Assembly: GCA_030704615.1 (NCBI GenBank)
Contig: CM060732.1
Span: forward strand, 63,984,001 to 64,048,000
From: Takakia lepidozioides
Lineage: Eukaryota; Plantae; Bryophyta
Length of the DNA: 64,000 bases
Direction of reading: 5' to 3'
A model generated the notes under the pieces. It ran no database searches, had not been told where the DNA came from, and saw only the letters and a program-made list of their open reading frames with translations. Every line of letters begins with the position of its first letter. Position 1 is the stretch's first letter. The position numbers were made by a program, and so were the translations under genes. Positions 63,201-64,000 of the stretch are shown piece after piece.

Positions 63201-64000
63201 TTCAAAGAGACGCTCAACTAGAAAAGCACGATCAGAATCAGGGGGAGCTCTGGAGGCCCACCGTGCCATGAAAGAAGAACAGCTCGACCCTGAACTCCAG
63301 AAAGTTGACCGGCATGACTCAAGTGACCTGAGTAGGGGGACAGAGAAGATCGCCATTTCCCTTGTTTATACATCCACCAGCGGGACCTTGCCAAGTGACT
63401 TTTTTTATGTTTCCCAGAATGTACTTTACCAGGACGCATATGTGCGTTTCCCCCTGTCAAGGATTGGGGAGGACGACTGTTGCATCGCTTGTGTGGGGAA
63501 CTGCCTGGAATCGGAGATTCCATGTGCTTGTGCAAGACAGACTGGGGGTGAATATGCATATACAGTGGAGGGCTGTTTGCAGCAGAAGTTTATACAACAA
63601 GAGGTGGATAGACAGATGAAACCAAACTTGGCTTACTGCCGGGCTGGTTTGTGCCCTGAACGCAAGAAGAATGAGCTTTGCAAGGGCCACATCCACAGGC
63701 GCTTCCTGAAAGAGTGCTGGGACAAGTGCGGTTGTAAAAAACTCTGCGGTAACCGTGTTGTTCAGAGGGGGATTGGTCATAGGCTGCAGGTGTTTTGGAC
63801 AGCTACAGGGAAGGGCTGGGGTATCCGAACACTAGAGGACCTGCCTGCTGGTTCTTTTGTTTGTGAATATGCTGGGGAGATCCTCACAAATACAGAGTTG
63901 TACCTAAGGAACACCAACGGTGGTAATGCCAAACACCACTTCCCAGTGCAGCTAGATGCAGACTGGGGCTCTGAGAGCATTCTGAAAGATGAGGAGGCAC
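57232..64000 (+). CDS. SUVR: SUVR1/2/4-type histone-lysine N-methyltransferase (WIYLD + repeat-expanded linker + pre-SET/SET), runs off the window
   Basis: Phase-consistent exons 57232-57336, 57629-57712 (WIYLD: KALDIMQ...PILRNLLQAYESEWRHIEADGYRVLADAVF), 58482-58877, 59748-61520, 61702-61876, and 62744 to beyond 64000 (HDSSDLSRGTEK, Cys-rich pre-SET, KECWDKCGC..CGNRVVQRG, GKGWGIRTLEDLP.GSFVCEYAGEILTNTEL, LDADWGSE). Confidence 0.93.

Overview
Eukaryotic, intron-containing land-plant nuclear DNA; a non-seed plant (bryophyte, lycophyte or fern) is likely, but that is inference. There are five host genes, whose exons I assembled by eye: a GNAT acetyltransferase (15196-18252,+), an ICME-like alpha/beta hydrolase (19355-21396,-), dynamin DRP2 (41623-51084,+), a thylakoid bestrophin-like/VCCN channel (52965-56056,-) and a WIYLD/pre-SET/SET SUVR histone methyltransferase (57232 to beyond 64000,+). 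The first ~15 kb is a rearranged zone holding a PLS-PPR pseudogene, a shuffled gene-like module, two inverted LINE pieces, tRNA-derived elements and a hAT MITE. 25394-39337 is a Ty3/gypsy chromovirus (TSD TGTAG) with a second copy of the same family nested next to its PBS (TSD CGATC). It also has an internal inversion, a tandem duplication and mosaic LTRs. Best novel candidates: (1) the SUVR repeat exon, an array of VKAEP SUMO-consensus units, several followed by in-phase 5' splice-donor motifs; (2) apparent gene conversion between LTRs of the nested elements; (3) a long near-perfect hairpin in the VCCN/SUVR divergent promoter; (4) an inverted pair of tRNA-Pro-like elements; (5) an orphan MYB R3 fragment. 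No CRISPR array, rRNA or intact tRNA gene was found. Coordinates were counted by hand and may be off by a few bases.
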